A stretch of DNA of 64,000 nt from Sapientia aquatica. GTDB lineage: Bacteria > Pseudomonadota > Gammaproteobacteria > Burkholderiales > Burkholderiaceae_D. Of the stretch, positions 46,865 to 57,836 are shown one piece after another. The stretch covers positions 65,371-129,370 of the forward strand of contig NZ_SMYL01000003.1 in assembly GCF_004358105.1 (NCBI RefSeq). The letters run 5' to 3'. Position numbers and translations under genes: made by a program. Numbering within the stretch: the stretch's first letter is position 1; each line of letters starts with the position of its first letter. The notes below the pieces were generated by a model. That model worked only from the letters and a program-made list of their open reading frames with translations, searched no databases and was not told the DNA's origin.

Positions 46865-47635
46865 TCAATAACCCGTTAAGTTTTTTACGATCGGTTTTGC
46901 TGCTGAGCCGAATAATCTGCTTAGTAGGTTTAGCGCTACCGCATCCATTCCGACTCGCCAAATGACTTTGTTTCCGTGCGCGGCTTTCCATACCGTTTGC
47001 GCGACTTGGTTGGCTTCAATTTTGACGCCTAACTTTTGCACCGAAGCGGCTTTCACGCTCGCATTATTGACCATGGGCGTATTCACGTAAGGAGCAATAA
47101 TTGCGCTAACTTGGATGCCTAATGGTTCAAACTCGATATTGAGCGCTTCGGTTAAACCTTTGACGAAAAATTTGCTGGCGCTGTACACCGCATGATCGGG
47201 CGAGCCATATTCGGCTGAGGTAGAACTCATGTTGACAATATGCGCGTCGGGGGTGTTTTTGAGCAAAGGCAATGCGGCGTCGATACAGTACAGCACACCT
47301 TTGATGTTGACGTCCATCATGCGATCAATCAGCAGCGGGTCAATTGAGGAGTGCGGCCCCATTTGCAACAGGCCAGCGCAGTTAAACAGGCAATCCAATT
47401 TACCTTGGGTTGCGCTGCTCGCAGCAGCCATTAGCGCACTTGCGCCGTTGCGTGTGCTGATATCGGCTTGGATGGCAACGATCTCGTCACCCAACTCAGT
47501 TTGTAATGCCTTGAGCGCAACTTGATTAATATCGGCGGCAATGATTTTCCATCCGTTGGTATAAAACAGCCGAACCGTTGCCAATCCTATGCCTGAGGCC
47601 GCGCCAGTGATAAGGATAGTTTTGCTTGTTTTCAT
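46865..47635 (-). CDS. Short-chain dehydrogenase/reductase (SDR).
   Basis: TGAASGIG cofactor motif and catalytic YSASK. Confidence 0.85.
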   Translation of the reverse strand: MKTSKTILITGAASGIGLATVRLFYTNGWKIIAADINQVALKALQTELGDEIVAIQADISTRNGASALMAAASSATQGKLDCLFNCAGLLQMGPHSSIDPLLIDRMMDVNIKGVLYCIDAALPLLKNTPDAHIVNMSSTSAEYGSPDHAVYSASKFFVKGLTEALNIEFEPLGIQVSAIIAPYVNTPMVNNASVKAASVQKLGVKIEANQVAQTVWKAAHGNKVIWRVGMDAVALNLLSRLFGSAAKPIVKNLTGY

Positions 47636-48558
47636 GCTGGTAGATGCGAGAGTCCAAATTGCGCCATCGCGCGGATGGCGAGCTTAGCAGAACGTAAATA
47701 CAGCGTTTGCAGGTGGAACACATGCCACCTTTGCAGATGACATTCCAAGCGACACGATACGCCCGCTTGGTTTAACTTCTGCTCCAGTTGCAAAGAATCG
47801 TTGAGCAAAATTTCTTCCTCACCGACTTGAATCAATGTCGGCGGCAAGCCCCTTAGGTCTGCCGTGAGTGGAGAGAATTCCGAACCGCTTGGCGCGTTCA
47901 GCCAATTCACTCCTTGTGTCAACCAGCCTTCATTAATCATCGGCTCACCACGGCCACCGAACAGTTGCTCTTGCCGCACTGCTAATCCGTCTGTCACTGG
48001 AGAAATCAAGGTCAGGCACGCCGGCTGTGGGATACCGAGTTGTTTCAAACGCAGCGCTAACGCGATTGCCAAAGAGCCACCCGCCGAATCGCCCGCGACG
48101 ATGATGTTTTGCGGCGCATAACTTTGCCTTAGCAATTCTTGGTAAGCCACCACCGCATCGTCTAACGCGCTGGGATAGGGATGTTCGGGTGCTAAACGGT
48201 AATTCAGAATCCAGACCGGCAAGCCACTTTCAAGCGCGAAAAGACTGCACAGGCTGCGATGCGTGAAGTGATTCCCTAAACAAAACGCGCCGCCATGCAG
48301 GTACAGAATCACGCTTGTGGCACTGGCATTATGTGAGCTAACGATTTGAATATTAAGTCCATTTACGTCTAGGCTGCGTCGGCTTATACCTAATCGTCCG
48401 GGCATCAACAATGACAGCATGTGCACCCAACGGCGTTGTGCTTTAACGCCTAGGCGCGGCCCGATTGCGGATTTAAAGGTGAGTCGTAAAAAGCCGCGCA
48501 AAAAGGCAGCTTGACCATTTTCAATGATGCCAGAAGGTGGTTCGATTTTGACTATCAT
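47632..48558 (-). CDS. Alpha/beta-hydrolase esterase (HSL-family carboxylesterase).
   Basis: HGGAF oxyanion motif and GDSAGG nucleophile elbow. Confidence 0.85.
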   Translation of the reverse strand: MIVKIEPPSGIIENGQAAFLRGFLRLTFKSAIGPRLGVKAQRRWVHMLSLLMPGRLGISRRSLDVNGLNIQIVSSHNASATSVILYLHGGAFCLGNHFTHRSLCSLFALESGLPVWILNYRLAPEHPYPSALDDAVVAYQELLRQSYAPQNIIVAGDSAGGSLAIALALRLKQLGIPQPACLTLISPVTDGLAVRQEQLFGGRGEPMINEGWLTQGVNWLNAPSGSEFSPLTADLRGLPPTLIQVGEEEILLNDSLQLEQKLNQAGVSCRLECHLQRWHVFHLQTLYLRSAKLAIRAMAQFGLSHLPA

Positions 48559-50093
48559 GCTGCTCCTCGCAATGTCACTCCAGATGAAGATGAAAGCCGA
48601 TACCCCTCCAAACTGCGGCGCTTAGTAATCCAACGGTAGCTAATGGTAAATCCAGGCCAATTAGTGCTGTTATAGCCACGGCCATCGATATACCAACTCT
48701 GGCAGCCAGTCCAAACGGTATGCGCTAAATTCTTTTGTACGGTGGTAGCGAAATGCTCATATTCATTGGGCTGCACTTCAATCACGTTGGTCTTGGTTTG
48801 CTCCATTTTTTTAATACACCGCATCACGTGAGCAATTTGGCTCTCGATCATAAAGACTATCGAGTTATGTCCAAGATTGGTATTGGGGCCGTACAACATG
48901 AAAAAATTGGGAAACTTTGGCACTGTAATCCCAAGGTAGGCTTTAGCACCATCGGCCCAAGCAGTATTGAGATCGATGCCACCAACACCTGTAATGGTCA
49001 GAGGAGCTAAGAACTCGGTCGCTGCAAAACCGGTGCCGTAAATCAGCAAATCAACGTCATGCGTTTTACCGTCCTTAGTCTGCACGCCGCTAGGCGTAAT
49101 GCGGGTGATATTGTCGGTCACGAGTTGGACGTTAGGACGATTGAACGCTTCAAAATAATTACTGGAAAGCAGAATGCGCTTGCAGCCGATTTGATAATCG
49201 GGCGTCATTTTTTGGCGCAATGTTGGATCGGCTATTTGGCTAGCAAGGAGACGTCGAAAAGGAATTCCCACCGCGAATTTCATCAAGCCTTTAAAGCGTG
49301 TAAAAGCGATGGCGCGCGATTCGTACTGCGTGTAGTAGGCCAAGCGTTGCAACTTCATCAGAATGGGAAATTGGCCAAACAAACGCTTTTTCAATCCGCT
49401 GTTGGCGCCATCTGGGCGCGGCATGATGTAAGCCGGGGTGCGCTGAAACACGCTCAGCGATTTCACCCGCTGAGCAATCGCGGGCACGAATTGAATCGCG
49501 GATGCGCCGGTGCCAATGACCGCGACCCGCTTATCGCTTAAGTTGATCGAATGATCCCATCGTGCGGAATGGAAGCTAGGTCCATTGAAACTCTCACGCC
49601 CTTCGATTTTGGGGAAGGCAGGCTGGCTCAATTGCCCCATTGCTGTGATCAACATACGACTATACAAGACTTGGCCGCTTTTTAATCTGACCTGCCAAAT
49701 CTGTTCGGACTCGTTAAAGCTGGCGGCGCTGACCTCCGCGCCGAAGTTTATGTGTTGCCGCAATCGGTAACGCTGGGCGCAGTCCTTTAAGTAGGCATAA
49801 ATTTCGGCTTGCGGGGCAAAAGTTCTGCTCCAATTGGGATTGAGGTAAAACGAAAAAGAATATAAATGCGACGGCACATCACAGGCCGCGCCGGGATAGG
49901 TGTTCTCGCGCCACACGCCGCCGACATCGTGCTGCTTTTCCAGAATCACAAAATCATGGATGTTGTGTTTCTTGAGCGCGATTGCCATCCCAAGTCCGGC
50001 AAATCCCGTCCCGATGATGATGGCTTTTTTGATGGTTTTTATTGGTGCTGCTTGCTGTAAGGATTGCTCAATACTTTTAGCCGTATGTGTCAT
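48555..50093 (-). CDS. Flavin-dependent Baeyer-Villiger monooxygenase.
   Basis: Two Rossmann motifs (GTGFAGL, GTGASA). BVMO fingerprint FNGPSFHSARWD (FxGxxxHxxxW). Confidence 0.85.
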   Translation of the reverse strand: MTHTAKSIEQSLQQAAPIKTIKKAIIIGTGFAGLGMAIALKKHNIHDFVILEKQHDVGGVWRENTYPGAACDVPSHLYSFSFYLNPNWSRTFAPQAEIYAYLKDCAQRYRLRQHINFGAEVSAASFNESEQIWQVRLKSGQVLYSRMLITAMGQLSQPAFPKIEGRESFNGPSFHSARWDHSINLSDKRVAVIGTGASAIQFVPAIAQRVKSLSVFQRTPAYIMPRPDGANSGLKKRLFGQFPILMKLQRLAYYTQYESRAIAFTRFKGLMKFAVGIPFRRLLASQIADPTLRQKMTPDYQIGCKRILLSSNYFEAFNRPNVQLVTDNITRITPSGVQTKDGKTHDVDLLIYGTGFAATEFLAPLTITGVGGIDLNTAWADGAKAYLGITVPKFPNFFMLYGPNTNLGHNSIVFMIESQIAHVMRCIKKMEQTKTNVIEVQPNEYEHFATTVQKNLAHTVWTGCQSWYIDGRGYNSTNWPGFTISYRWITKRRSLEGYRLSSSSGVTLRGAA

Positions 50094-50278
50094 TACAATT
50101 CGTCTCCTTGAGTCTTATTATGATCTAAGCAAATCCTAGTCCTAAACCTGAATTTGAAAAGTCACCTTTTCGGCAAAATAGTTTTAAGTATTGTTGTATA
50201 GAAACCCCGATCTGCGAATGTTGTTTTAGGCCAGATACATTAGAATATAGGCCACCTACAACAAGTTTTTGGCGGCCA

Positions 50279-51304
50279 ATGATGAGCATTTTGGATTTCA
50301 CCCGCAGTGCAGCAAGTATTGCCCTGCAGGTAGAAATGGGTAAAGAGCATGGCCTAGATTCGCATGAATTGCTGCGAGGCAGCATGGTATCGATCAGCCA
50401 GCTTAGTGACCCAAATACTGAAGTTTCGGCCGCCCAAGAAATTCGCGTCACCAAGAATTTACTCAAGCTCTCCAAAGCCAAACCATTACTTGGCCTGCAC
50501 CTTGGTCAACGCTACAAACCGTCGGTGTACGGCATGTGGGGATTTGGCTTGATTAGCTGCGCCACGCTGGGTGACGCAATGCGCCATGCGATGCGGTTTT
50601 TGCCGTTGACGTTTACTTTTTCAACGATTCGCTATCACGATGACGGACAACTAATCCATTTGCAATTCGACGAGACCACTTTTGACGAAGAACTAAAACG
50701 ATTCCTGCTGCACCGCGATATGGCGGCTGGACTGGCCTTATTCAAAAGCATATTGGGCGATTCTTTCTCTTTGCACCAAGTCACTTTCCGACACAACCTC
50801 AGCCAAATTACTCACAAAGCCGAATTCGAAAAAGTATTTGGTGTAGCGCCGGTATTTGGTGCAGACACGAATTCGCTGGTTTTTGAAAATAGTTACCTAG
50901 CGCAAAAACTACCCATGGCCTACCCCACCGCCGCCACCATGTGCGATCAATACTGCGCTGAGCTGCTGGAAAAAAGGCGCTCCAAACTCGGAACGACGGC
51001 GGTTGTGAATCAATATTTAGGGATGAACTTGTATCAAATTCCCAAACTGGAAGACATGGCGAACTTACTTAACACCAGCGAGCGCACATTAAAGCGCATG
51101 CTGGCCAATGAAAACACCTCGTTTCGGCAATTGGTAAAGGATTTCCAATGCTCTGAAGCGATGGATTATCTGACCAACAGCGACTTTAGTATTGCCGACA
51201 TCGCGCAGAGGTTGGGATTTAGCGATGCGTCGAGTTTTTCGCAATCGTTTAAACGTTGGACGGGCGTGGCGCCGCTTCATTATAAAAACCAGCGCAGCGC
51301 GTAA
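50279..51304 (+). CDS. AraC-family transcriptional regulator (divergent from the BVMO cluster).
   Basis: C-terminal AraC HTH (IADIAQRLGFSDASSFSQSFKRWTGVAP). Confidence 0.85.
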   Translation: MMSILDFTRSAASIALQVEMGKEHGLDSHELLRGSMVSISQLSDPNTEVSAAQEIRVTKNLLKLSKAKPLLGLHLGQRYKPSVYGMWGFGLISCATLGDAMRHAMRFLPLTFTFSTIRYHDDGQLIHLQFDETTFDEELKRFLLHRDMAAGLALFKSILGDSFSLHQVTFRHNLSQITHKAEFEKVFGVAPVFGADTNSLVFENSYLAQKLPMAYPTAATMCDQYCAELLEKRRSKLGTTAVVNQYLGMNLYQIPKLEDMANLLNTSERTLKRMLANENTSFRQLVKDFQCSEAMDYLTNSDFSIADIAQRLGFSDASSFSQSFKRWTGVAPLHYKNQRSA

Positions 51305-51550
51305 AAAAATATGCCAATAGTGCTAGACAGGCACTCAACTTTTTTACCAATTTGCGCCAACAATACCGATTTAACATCGTAACTATTTAAATAAGATCGC
51401 AAACTTTGACCTATAATTGCTGCAAGGAAATTAGGTTATAAATATCTCAGCGAACCCGCAACAACCTCGCTGCAATTAATCGTGGCCGACTACATCAACG
51501 TCGCTTTTTTCATTAGGCGACTCGGCTAAGCACGCATATTTCAACCAGAA

Positions 51551-53848
51551 TTGACGCTCTATCCAATGACTCAAACACAATCGCTGCTGTATTTACTGAG
51601 CATGTTTATTCCCTTGTTTACTGGGATCGCCATGCTGATTGTCTGGAATTTTGATCGGTCACAAAAATTCGTGCGTGACTTTGCGTTTTCCACACTTGCT
51701 ACAGCGCTCTTCACACTTGGTTTCCTGACCTACTTACAAAATGTCCCGCCCGTGCGGTTTGGCGCGATGTTGCTCACCGTGTGTTGCGCCACGTTGAATT
51801 TGGGATTTTTAATTAGCAGCATGAATCGGCTAGCGCAATTTAAGCTATCGCAAAAGCAGATCATCGGCGGTTCAGCGGTCATTTTTCTTGTGCTGATGTT
51901 TCCACCATCGCCCGGCGCATTGCTGGTCAAAAGTAGCTTTGCCCTGATCATCCAAGTAGTTCTTGGCGCTTTTTCGACCGCTCGACTATGGAGAAAAAAA
52001 TCGGTTGAACGCTATCTTGGCCCGCTCGTCATTTTGCTCGGCTTATCCCAATTAATCGTTATTCTTGGCGTCTTAAAATACATCCACATCCAAGCCTTAG
52101 AAGCCGCCCTGATCCGTGTAGTAATTGGCTTTATTTTTCTGTTTTCCGCGCTCCATCGCTCCAAGCGGGAAATAAAAAAAGCGTTTGACCAATTCAAATT
52201 AATGACCGAACAATCGCCGCAAGGCGTGCTGGTTTTAAACGACCAAACGGTGCTGTATTCCAACGTCGCGGCGCAAAAAATCTATGGCTGCACAAGTACC
52301 GCCGAATTAAATCAGGTTAGCCAAAACGAGCCGAGCAGCCCAATCGATAGCAGCGAATTCCACTATTACTATCAAAAGCTGCAAGAGCAAAAAATGGATA
52401 CCGCCGTTTGGGGTGAGAAACATAAGCGTGCGGATGGAAAAGTTCTCAGCCTGACTTTTACGGCTTGGCTCATCGAATGGGAACATCAACTTGCGGCGCA
52501 GATTCTGATCACGGATGAAACCGACTTAATCAATTCCGCCATGGCCTTGTCGTACCAAGAAACCCATGATGAACTCACGGGCTTAGCTAATCGGCGTATG
52601 TTAATTCAACAGCTCCATCGATATTGTTATATGGATGAGCATCACGCCACTTGCATTCTGACCATCTTAAACATCAATCGCTTTAAATTATTTAATCAGG
52701 GCCAAGGGCATGTTATCGGCGACCAAGTATTGCTGGAGCTGTCGCGCAAATTAAGCGCAGCAGTCGGTGTTGAGACCGAAGTCATGCGTATCGGCGGCGA
52801 TGAGTTTGGCTTGATTAATATCAGCGTGTTCGATATCGAAAAACTCAATGCTAAATTGATCGAACTGTGCAAACAGCCCTTGCAAATCGAAGGTCGCCAC
52901 TATTTTATTAGTCTGGCGATCGGCCAAGCGATGTATCCCGTCAATGCGCGCAATGCCGATGGATTGCTGCGCGCCGCTAACGCCGCCATGCATCAAGCCA
53001 AAAAAATTCCCGGCACGTCTATCGTCATGGCCGATGCTAAATTTGAAGAGTCGCTCAGTCGCGCAATGGAGCAGGAACAAGAGTTAAAAAACGCCATTAT
53101 TAAGCGCGAAATCACGCTTTTCTATCAACCCAAAGTTGACGCACTCACCCACCAATTAATGGGTTTTGAAGCCTTAGCACGCTGGATAAGACCGGGCAAA
53201 GGCAATGTCAATCCAGCCGAATTTATCGCGGTGGCGGAAAAAACAGCGTTAATTAATGATTTGGGCAGCATGTTATTAGACGAGGCTTGCAGCCAGATCG
53301 CGACGTGGTATCACCAGTTCGGCGATTGCGTTCCGGTCGCCGTCAATGTGTCGCCGATCCAGTTACTAGACCCAAACTTCTCCGAGCTGATTCGGGATGT
53401 CATCGCCAAGTTCAATATCCCACCACGGTTGCTCACATTAGAAATTACCGAGAGCGCCGCCATTAATGACCTCGATCAAACCCAGCAGCAAATCAGTCAA
53501 TTGCAACACATGGGAATCCACGTGGCGATGGACGATTTTGGTACCGGCTATTCATCGCTAAGCATGTTGCGCCGATTGCGGGTGCAGACCTTAAAGATCG
53601 ACCGCGCGCTGATTGATCCGCTGCCATCACAAGAAGCAACCGCTATCGTGGTTTCTATCTGCCAATTAGCCAAAGCGTTAAACATGCATGTGGTCGCTGA
53701 AGGGGTAGAAACCACCGACCAATCGGAAGCCGCCCGCAAAGCGGGATGCCATGAACTCCAAGGCTACTTGTTCGCCAAACCGTTGCGGTACAACGAGGCA
53801 GAGGCTTGGTTGGCGCATCGCTTTGATGCACTAATCGATCAGCCTTAA
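51551..53848 (+). CDS. Membrane-anchored signalling protein with PAS, GGDEF and EAL domains.
   Basis: N-terminal multi-TM domain. GGDEF motif RIGGDEFGL. EAL motifs (EALARW, EITES, DDFGTGYSS). Confidence 0.9.
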   Translation: MTLYPMTQTQSLLYLLSMFIPLFTGIAMLIVWNFDRSQKFVRDFAFSTLATALFTLGFLTYLQNVPPVRFGAMLLTVCCATLNLGFLISSMNRLAQFKLSQKQIIGGSAVIFLVLMFPPSPGALLVKSSFALIIQVVLGAFSTARLWRKKSVERYLGPLVILLGLSQLIVILGVLKYIHIQALEAALIRVVIGFIFLFSALHRSKREIKKAFDQFKLMTEQSPQGVLVLNDQTVLYSNVAAQKIYGCTSTAELNQVSQNEPSSPIDSSEFHYYYQKLQEQKMDTAVWGEKHKRADGKVLSLTFTAWLIEWEHQLAAQILITDETDLINSAMALSYQETHDELTGLANRRMLIQQLHRYCYMDEHHATCILTILNINRFKLFNQGQGHVIGDQVLLELSRKLSAAVGVETEVMRIGGDEFGLINISVFDIEKLNAKLIELCKQPLQIEGRHYFISLAIGQAMYPVNARNADGLLRAANAAMHQAKKIPGTSIVMADAKFEESLSRAMEQEQELKNAIIKREITLFYQPKVDALTHQLMGFEALARWIRPGKGNVNPAEFIAVAEKTALINDLGSMLLDEACSQIATWYHQFGDCVPVAVNVSPIQLLDPNFSELIRDVIAKFNIPPRLLTLEITESAAINDLDQTQQQISQLQHMGIHVAMDDFGTGYSSLSMLRRLRVQTLKIDRALIDPLPSQEATAIVVSICQLAKALNMHVVAEGVETTDQSEAARKAGCHELQGYLFAKPLRYNEAEAWLAHRFDALIDQP

Positions 53849-54370
53849 AGGCCAACACGAGAACATCAGCGCCAGCATACGACCGTATATTCACGCACCA
53901 ACACTCAAAACCGGCCCACTTAACTTGTGCGCCTATCTAGTCGGCGGAGCGCAATAAGCGCTCAATATCCCCGCATCTTTTCACTCTTCTATTCTGCAAT
54001 CGGCTAAATATCGTCAGCACTCCGATTACAACTCTGGTTGCAGCGACGATCGTCGATGGATACTGAATCAAAACACTCGCGTTTTTAAAGGCAATTTAAA
54101 GCGCTTTGGCTCACGCAAAAATATTTACGTACAGCTACATTTTTAAATGTAGTTTAACTACTTTTAAATAATGCCTCATTTTATAAGCAATTGATTTATA
54201 GCGATTTAATTAAATTAAATTCTGAATTGTGAAATTTATTTTCAATTTTATGTATACATTTAATTTAGTTTAGCTACATAATAAATTACGAGATTGATTT
54301 TTTAGGACTCAGCTCGTCGGCGAATTAGTCGCCAAAAAACAAAAAACACTTATAAAAAAATTCGGAGACA

Positions 54371-57300
54371 ATGATGGCGATTTATTCAAATCAGCAAGGT
54401 ATTGCTTCGTCCTTTGGCAGCCTATTTGCCACAGTATTTAGGACAAAAATCACACAAAAACGCGTTGCCCTTATCGCGCTAACTTCTTTCACTCTGCTAC
54501 TTAGCGCCTGCGGAGGCGGAGGTGGTGGCGGAGTAGGAGTATCAAACTCAGGTGGCGGCGTAGTCACGCCCCCACCCGCTCCAGTGGCCGACACCCCGCC
54601 TGCTGCTGGCGTAATGCGCGTGCATTTTTATCGTAGCCAAGGCGGTGAAGCGAGTTGGGGCGTCTATTCGTGGCAAGGGCCAAAAGTGCCTTCAAGTGGT
54701 TGGCCGGGAAGCCCATTTTTATTCACCACCGCGGATGGCGATGGTTGGGGTAAACACGTCGATATTCCAATGGACACGACCCAAACCCAAATGAATTATC
54801 TGATTTCCAGTCCCAATGCAGCGGGAACTGATGCAGCCAAAGATTGCGCCAGTGGGAACAATACGACGGTCAATTTAAACGCCAACCTAGCAACCGCCGG
54901 TCAAGAAATTTGGGTGGTATCTGGCGTATGCACAGCCTATTCCACTGAGCCACCTAAACCAGCGGCATTTAATTTCTCCAACGCCCGCGCAGTGTGGCTG
55001 ACATCGGATACCTTTGTTTGGCCTGGCGCGTCCAGCACAGCGCAATACCAATTGACAACCGCGCTCAACGGCGGACTAACGGTCAGTAGCGCAGGAGTTG
55101 TTAGCGGTTACGATGCGCAATATCCACTAACCGTCGTTGCAGCAGGTTTTAGCAGCTTGCCGAGCGCGGTGCAAACAAAGTATCCGCAGTATGCCAGCGC
55201 CACCGTATTGAAATTGTCGACCGCATTAACTGCAGCACAAATCGCGACAATAATTACCGGTGAAGTCGCCATTGTCCAATCATCCTCTAGCACCACGGCG
55301 ACGGACGGCACTCAATTGCAGCTAGCACCCTTACTCGATAGTATTTATTCACCGACTCAGCAGAGTGCAGCACAAACTGCCAACCTTGGCGTGACCTTTG
55401 CCGCTGACGTACCCACATTTAGCGTGTGGGCACCAACTGCCAAGTCAGTCACATTAAATATTTATCCTAATGCGACCGCCACCACCGCATCAGCAACACA
55501 AACAATGACCTTAAACCCAGCAACTGGAATCTGGAGCTATACCGCACCAAACACCAGCTGGACTAATTCGGCCTATTACACCTATAGCGTAAAAGTCTAT
55601 TCAATGTATGCTGCCGGTGGCACTGTTGTGACTAACACAGTGGCCGATCCTTATTCAGTCTCCTTGAACGGATTAGACCTCACCAATCCTGGCAACCATC
55701 ATTCCATGGTGTTGAATTTAGCGGACTCGGTTGCCATGCCAACGGGCTGGAATGGGCAGACATTACCTGCGACACTGGACGGCACTGATAGCGCAATTTA
55801 TGAATTACATCTGCGCGATTTTTCCGCTAGCGACTCCAGCGTTAGCAGTGCTGCAGCGGGTAAATTTGCAGCCTTTGCTAGCGCAAATAATTCCGGCAAT
55901 GGGATGATGCATTTGTCGGCCTTGGCGCAAGCGGGTTTAACGCATGTGCATCTATTGCCAGCGTTTGAATTTGCGACGGTCGATCAACTACATTGTTCAT
56001 CACCAACCATTAGCCCAGCCATCGGCGCGGCGACGAGTGCCGCGACCGCCGTGGTTGCAGCACAAAAGAGCGACTGCTTTAACTGGGGCTACGATCCACT
56101 GCTTTATGGCGCGCCGCAGGGAAGCTACTCAAGCAATCCTAACGATGGCACAACCCGAGTGCGTGAATTCCGCGATATGGTTTTAGGCTTACACAGCATC
56201 GGTCTGCGCGTAATTATGGACGTGGTTTATAACCACACCACAGCTGCCGGCCAAAATACCAATTCGATCTTAGATCAAATTGTGCCGGGCTATTACTACC
56301 GTCTTGGCGCTAGCGGCAATCCGAATACTGCTTCAGGTGCCGGACCGGATTTAGCGACAGAAAATGCGATGACTGAAAAACTGATGATCGACACCCTCGC
56401 ACGTTGGGCTAGTCAATATAAAGTGGACGGATTTAGGTTTGACATCATGAGTTTGATTCCGAAACAAGTCATGCTCGATACCCAAGCTGCATTGAACCAA
56501 GTCGCATTAGCCGACGGTCGCCGCACAGCAAATGGACCTGGCATCTACCTTTATGGCGAAGGCTGGGGCCAATCTGGTTTGAGCTTTGTCAATGCACAAC
56601 AAGCCAACATGGCTGGAACCGGAATCGGCACCTTTAATGATCGCATTCGTGATGCGGTGCGCGGCGGCAGTCCATTTGATAACAGCAACGGCATGGTGAC
56701 GCATCAAGGTTTTATCAATGGTCTGTGCTACGACAACAACGATGGGTCAAGCTGTAACACAACGGCAGCAAACTTGACCAGTTGCGCTAGCGGCTCACTG
56801 AATCAACAACAATGTTTGTTCATTTTGCAGAACCGGATCAGCGTTGGCTTAGCAGGTAATTTGGCAAGCTTCCCGTTGAACTCAACCACCACTGGCGCGC
56901 AAGTCGATTATTTTGGCTCAGCGACCGGCTATACAGGCACTCCGCAAGAAAACATCGCCTATATTTCGGTGCATGACAACGAGACTGTTTTCGACGTCAG
57001 CCAATATAAGCATCCAATCGCCACCACGACAGCCGATCGCGCCCGCGCTCAAGTCGTTGGCCTATCGATAGTCGCGTTAGCACAAGGCGTGCCGTTCTTC
57101 CATGGCGGCGACGACATGCTGCGCTCTAAATCAATGGACAGCAATAGCTACGATTCGGGTGACTATTTCAATCTGATCAATTGGAGCGGCTCAAACAATA
57201 ACTGGGCAGTAGGTGCGCCGCCGCAAAATACGGGCAACAATGCGACCAATTTATCGACCATGACACCGTTCCTTAACAACACCGCCTTGAGTCCAGTGAG

Positions 57301-57682
57301 CGCCGATATTAGCAGCACGACGTTGGCCTTCCAAGATTTCTTAAGAATTCGTAAAGATAGCTCAATGTTCCGCCTTAAAACGGCAGCAGCGATTTCTAGT
57401 TGTGTGAGCTTCCCAGATCAAGGCGCACAACAAGCAGGCTTAATCGTGATGAAAATATCCGGCGCATCCGGTTGTGGTGACAGTAAATACAAGAGCATTA
57501 TCGTGTTATTCAACGCGAATAAAATTGCCCAAAACTTCACATTAAGTGGCGCTGCGGGATTGACGATTAGCCTGCATCCGTTGCAAGCAAACGGAAGCGA
57601 TGCGAGAGTGAAAACAGCGACGTTTAGCTCAGGAAATTTTTCAGTTCCTGCGCGCACAACCGCGGTTTTTGTGCAAAATTGA
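54371..57682 (+). CDS. Lipoprotein type I pullulanase (GH13).
   Basis: Lipobox LLLSAC followed by a Gly-rich linker. Pullulanase box YNWGYDP. GH13 regions DVVYNH, GFRFD, EGWG, HDN. Size 1103 aa. Confidence 0.85.
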   Translation: MMAIYSNQQGIASSFGSLFATVFRTKITQKRVALIALTSFTLLLSACGGGGGGGVGVSNSGGGVVTPPPAPVADTPPAAGVMRVHFYRSQGGEASWGVYSWQGPKVPSSGWPGSPFLFTTADGDGWGKHVDIPMDTTQTQMNYLISSPNAAGTDAAKDCASGNNTTVNLNANLATAGQEIWVVSGVCTAYSTEPPKPAAFNFSNARAVWLTSDTFVWPGASSTAQYQLTTALNGGLTVSSAGVVSGYDAQYPLTVVAAGFSSLPSAVQTKYPQYASATVLKLSTALTAAQIATIITGEVAIVQSSSSTTATDGTQLQLAPLLDSIYSPTQQSAAQTANLGVTFAADVPTFSVWAPTAKSVTLNIYPNATATTASATQTMTLNPATGIWSYTAPNTSWTNSAYYTYSVKVYSMYAAGGTVVTNTVADPYSVSLNGLDLTNPGNHHSMVLNLADSVAMPTGWNGQTLPATLDGTDSAIYELHLRDFSASDSSVSSAAAGKFAAFASANNSGNGMMHLSALAQAGLTHVHLLPAFEFATVDQLHCSSPTISPAIGAATSAATAVVAAQKSDCFNWGYDPLLYGAPQGSYSSNPNDGTTRVREFRDMVLGLHSIGLRVIMDVVYNHTTAAGQNTNSILDQIVPGYYYRLGASGNPNTASGAGPDLATENAMTEKLMIDTLARWASQYKVDGFRFDIMSLIPKQVMLDTQAALNQVALADGRRTANGPGIYLYGEGWGQSGLSFVNAQQANMAGTGIGTFNDRIRDAVRGGSPFDNSNGMVTHQGFINGLCYDNNDGSSCNTTAANLTSCASGSLNQQQCLFILQNRISVGLAGNLASFPLNSTTTGAQVDYFGSATGYTGTPQENIAYISVHDNETVFDVSQYKHPIATTTADRARAQVVGLSIVALAQGVPFFHGGDDMLRSKSMDSNSYDSGDYFNLINWSGSNNNWAVGAPPQNTGNNATNLSTMTPFLNNTALSPVSADISSTTLAFQDFLRIRKDSSMFRLKTAAAISSCVSFPDQGAQQAGLIVMKISGASGCGDSKYKSIIVLFNANKIAQNFTLSGAAGLTISLHPLQANGSDARVKTATFSSGNFSVPARTTAVFVQN

Positions 57683-57836
57683 CGTATTATTTGTGAGCGC
57701 GCGGCAGAATTTAAAATCAAGGATTTTAGTTATAAAAATTGATTCAAATTCTGCCGCACACGTTAATTTGATAAAAAATAAGGTGCGCCAACTCTCAAGT
57801 TTGGATGATGCTTTAATCAAAAAAAATGGAGACCTC

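Noticed and set aside
54100-54370. AT-rich tract with taaat/ttaaat repeats upstream of pullulanase, scanned as a possible CRISPR or repeat array.
   Set aside because: Irregular, short, non-spaced repeats. Typical AT-rich promoter or curved-DNA region. No CRISPR-like periodicity anywhere in the window.
57701-57757. 12-bp inverted repeat with a 33-nt loop right after the pullulanase stop.
   Set aside because: The loop is too long for a canonical intrinsic terminator and no T-run follows. It may be a weak or regulatory structure, but this is unsupported.
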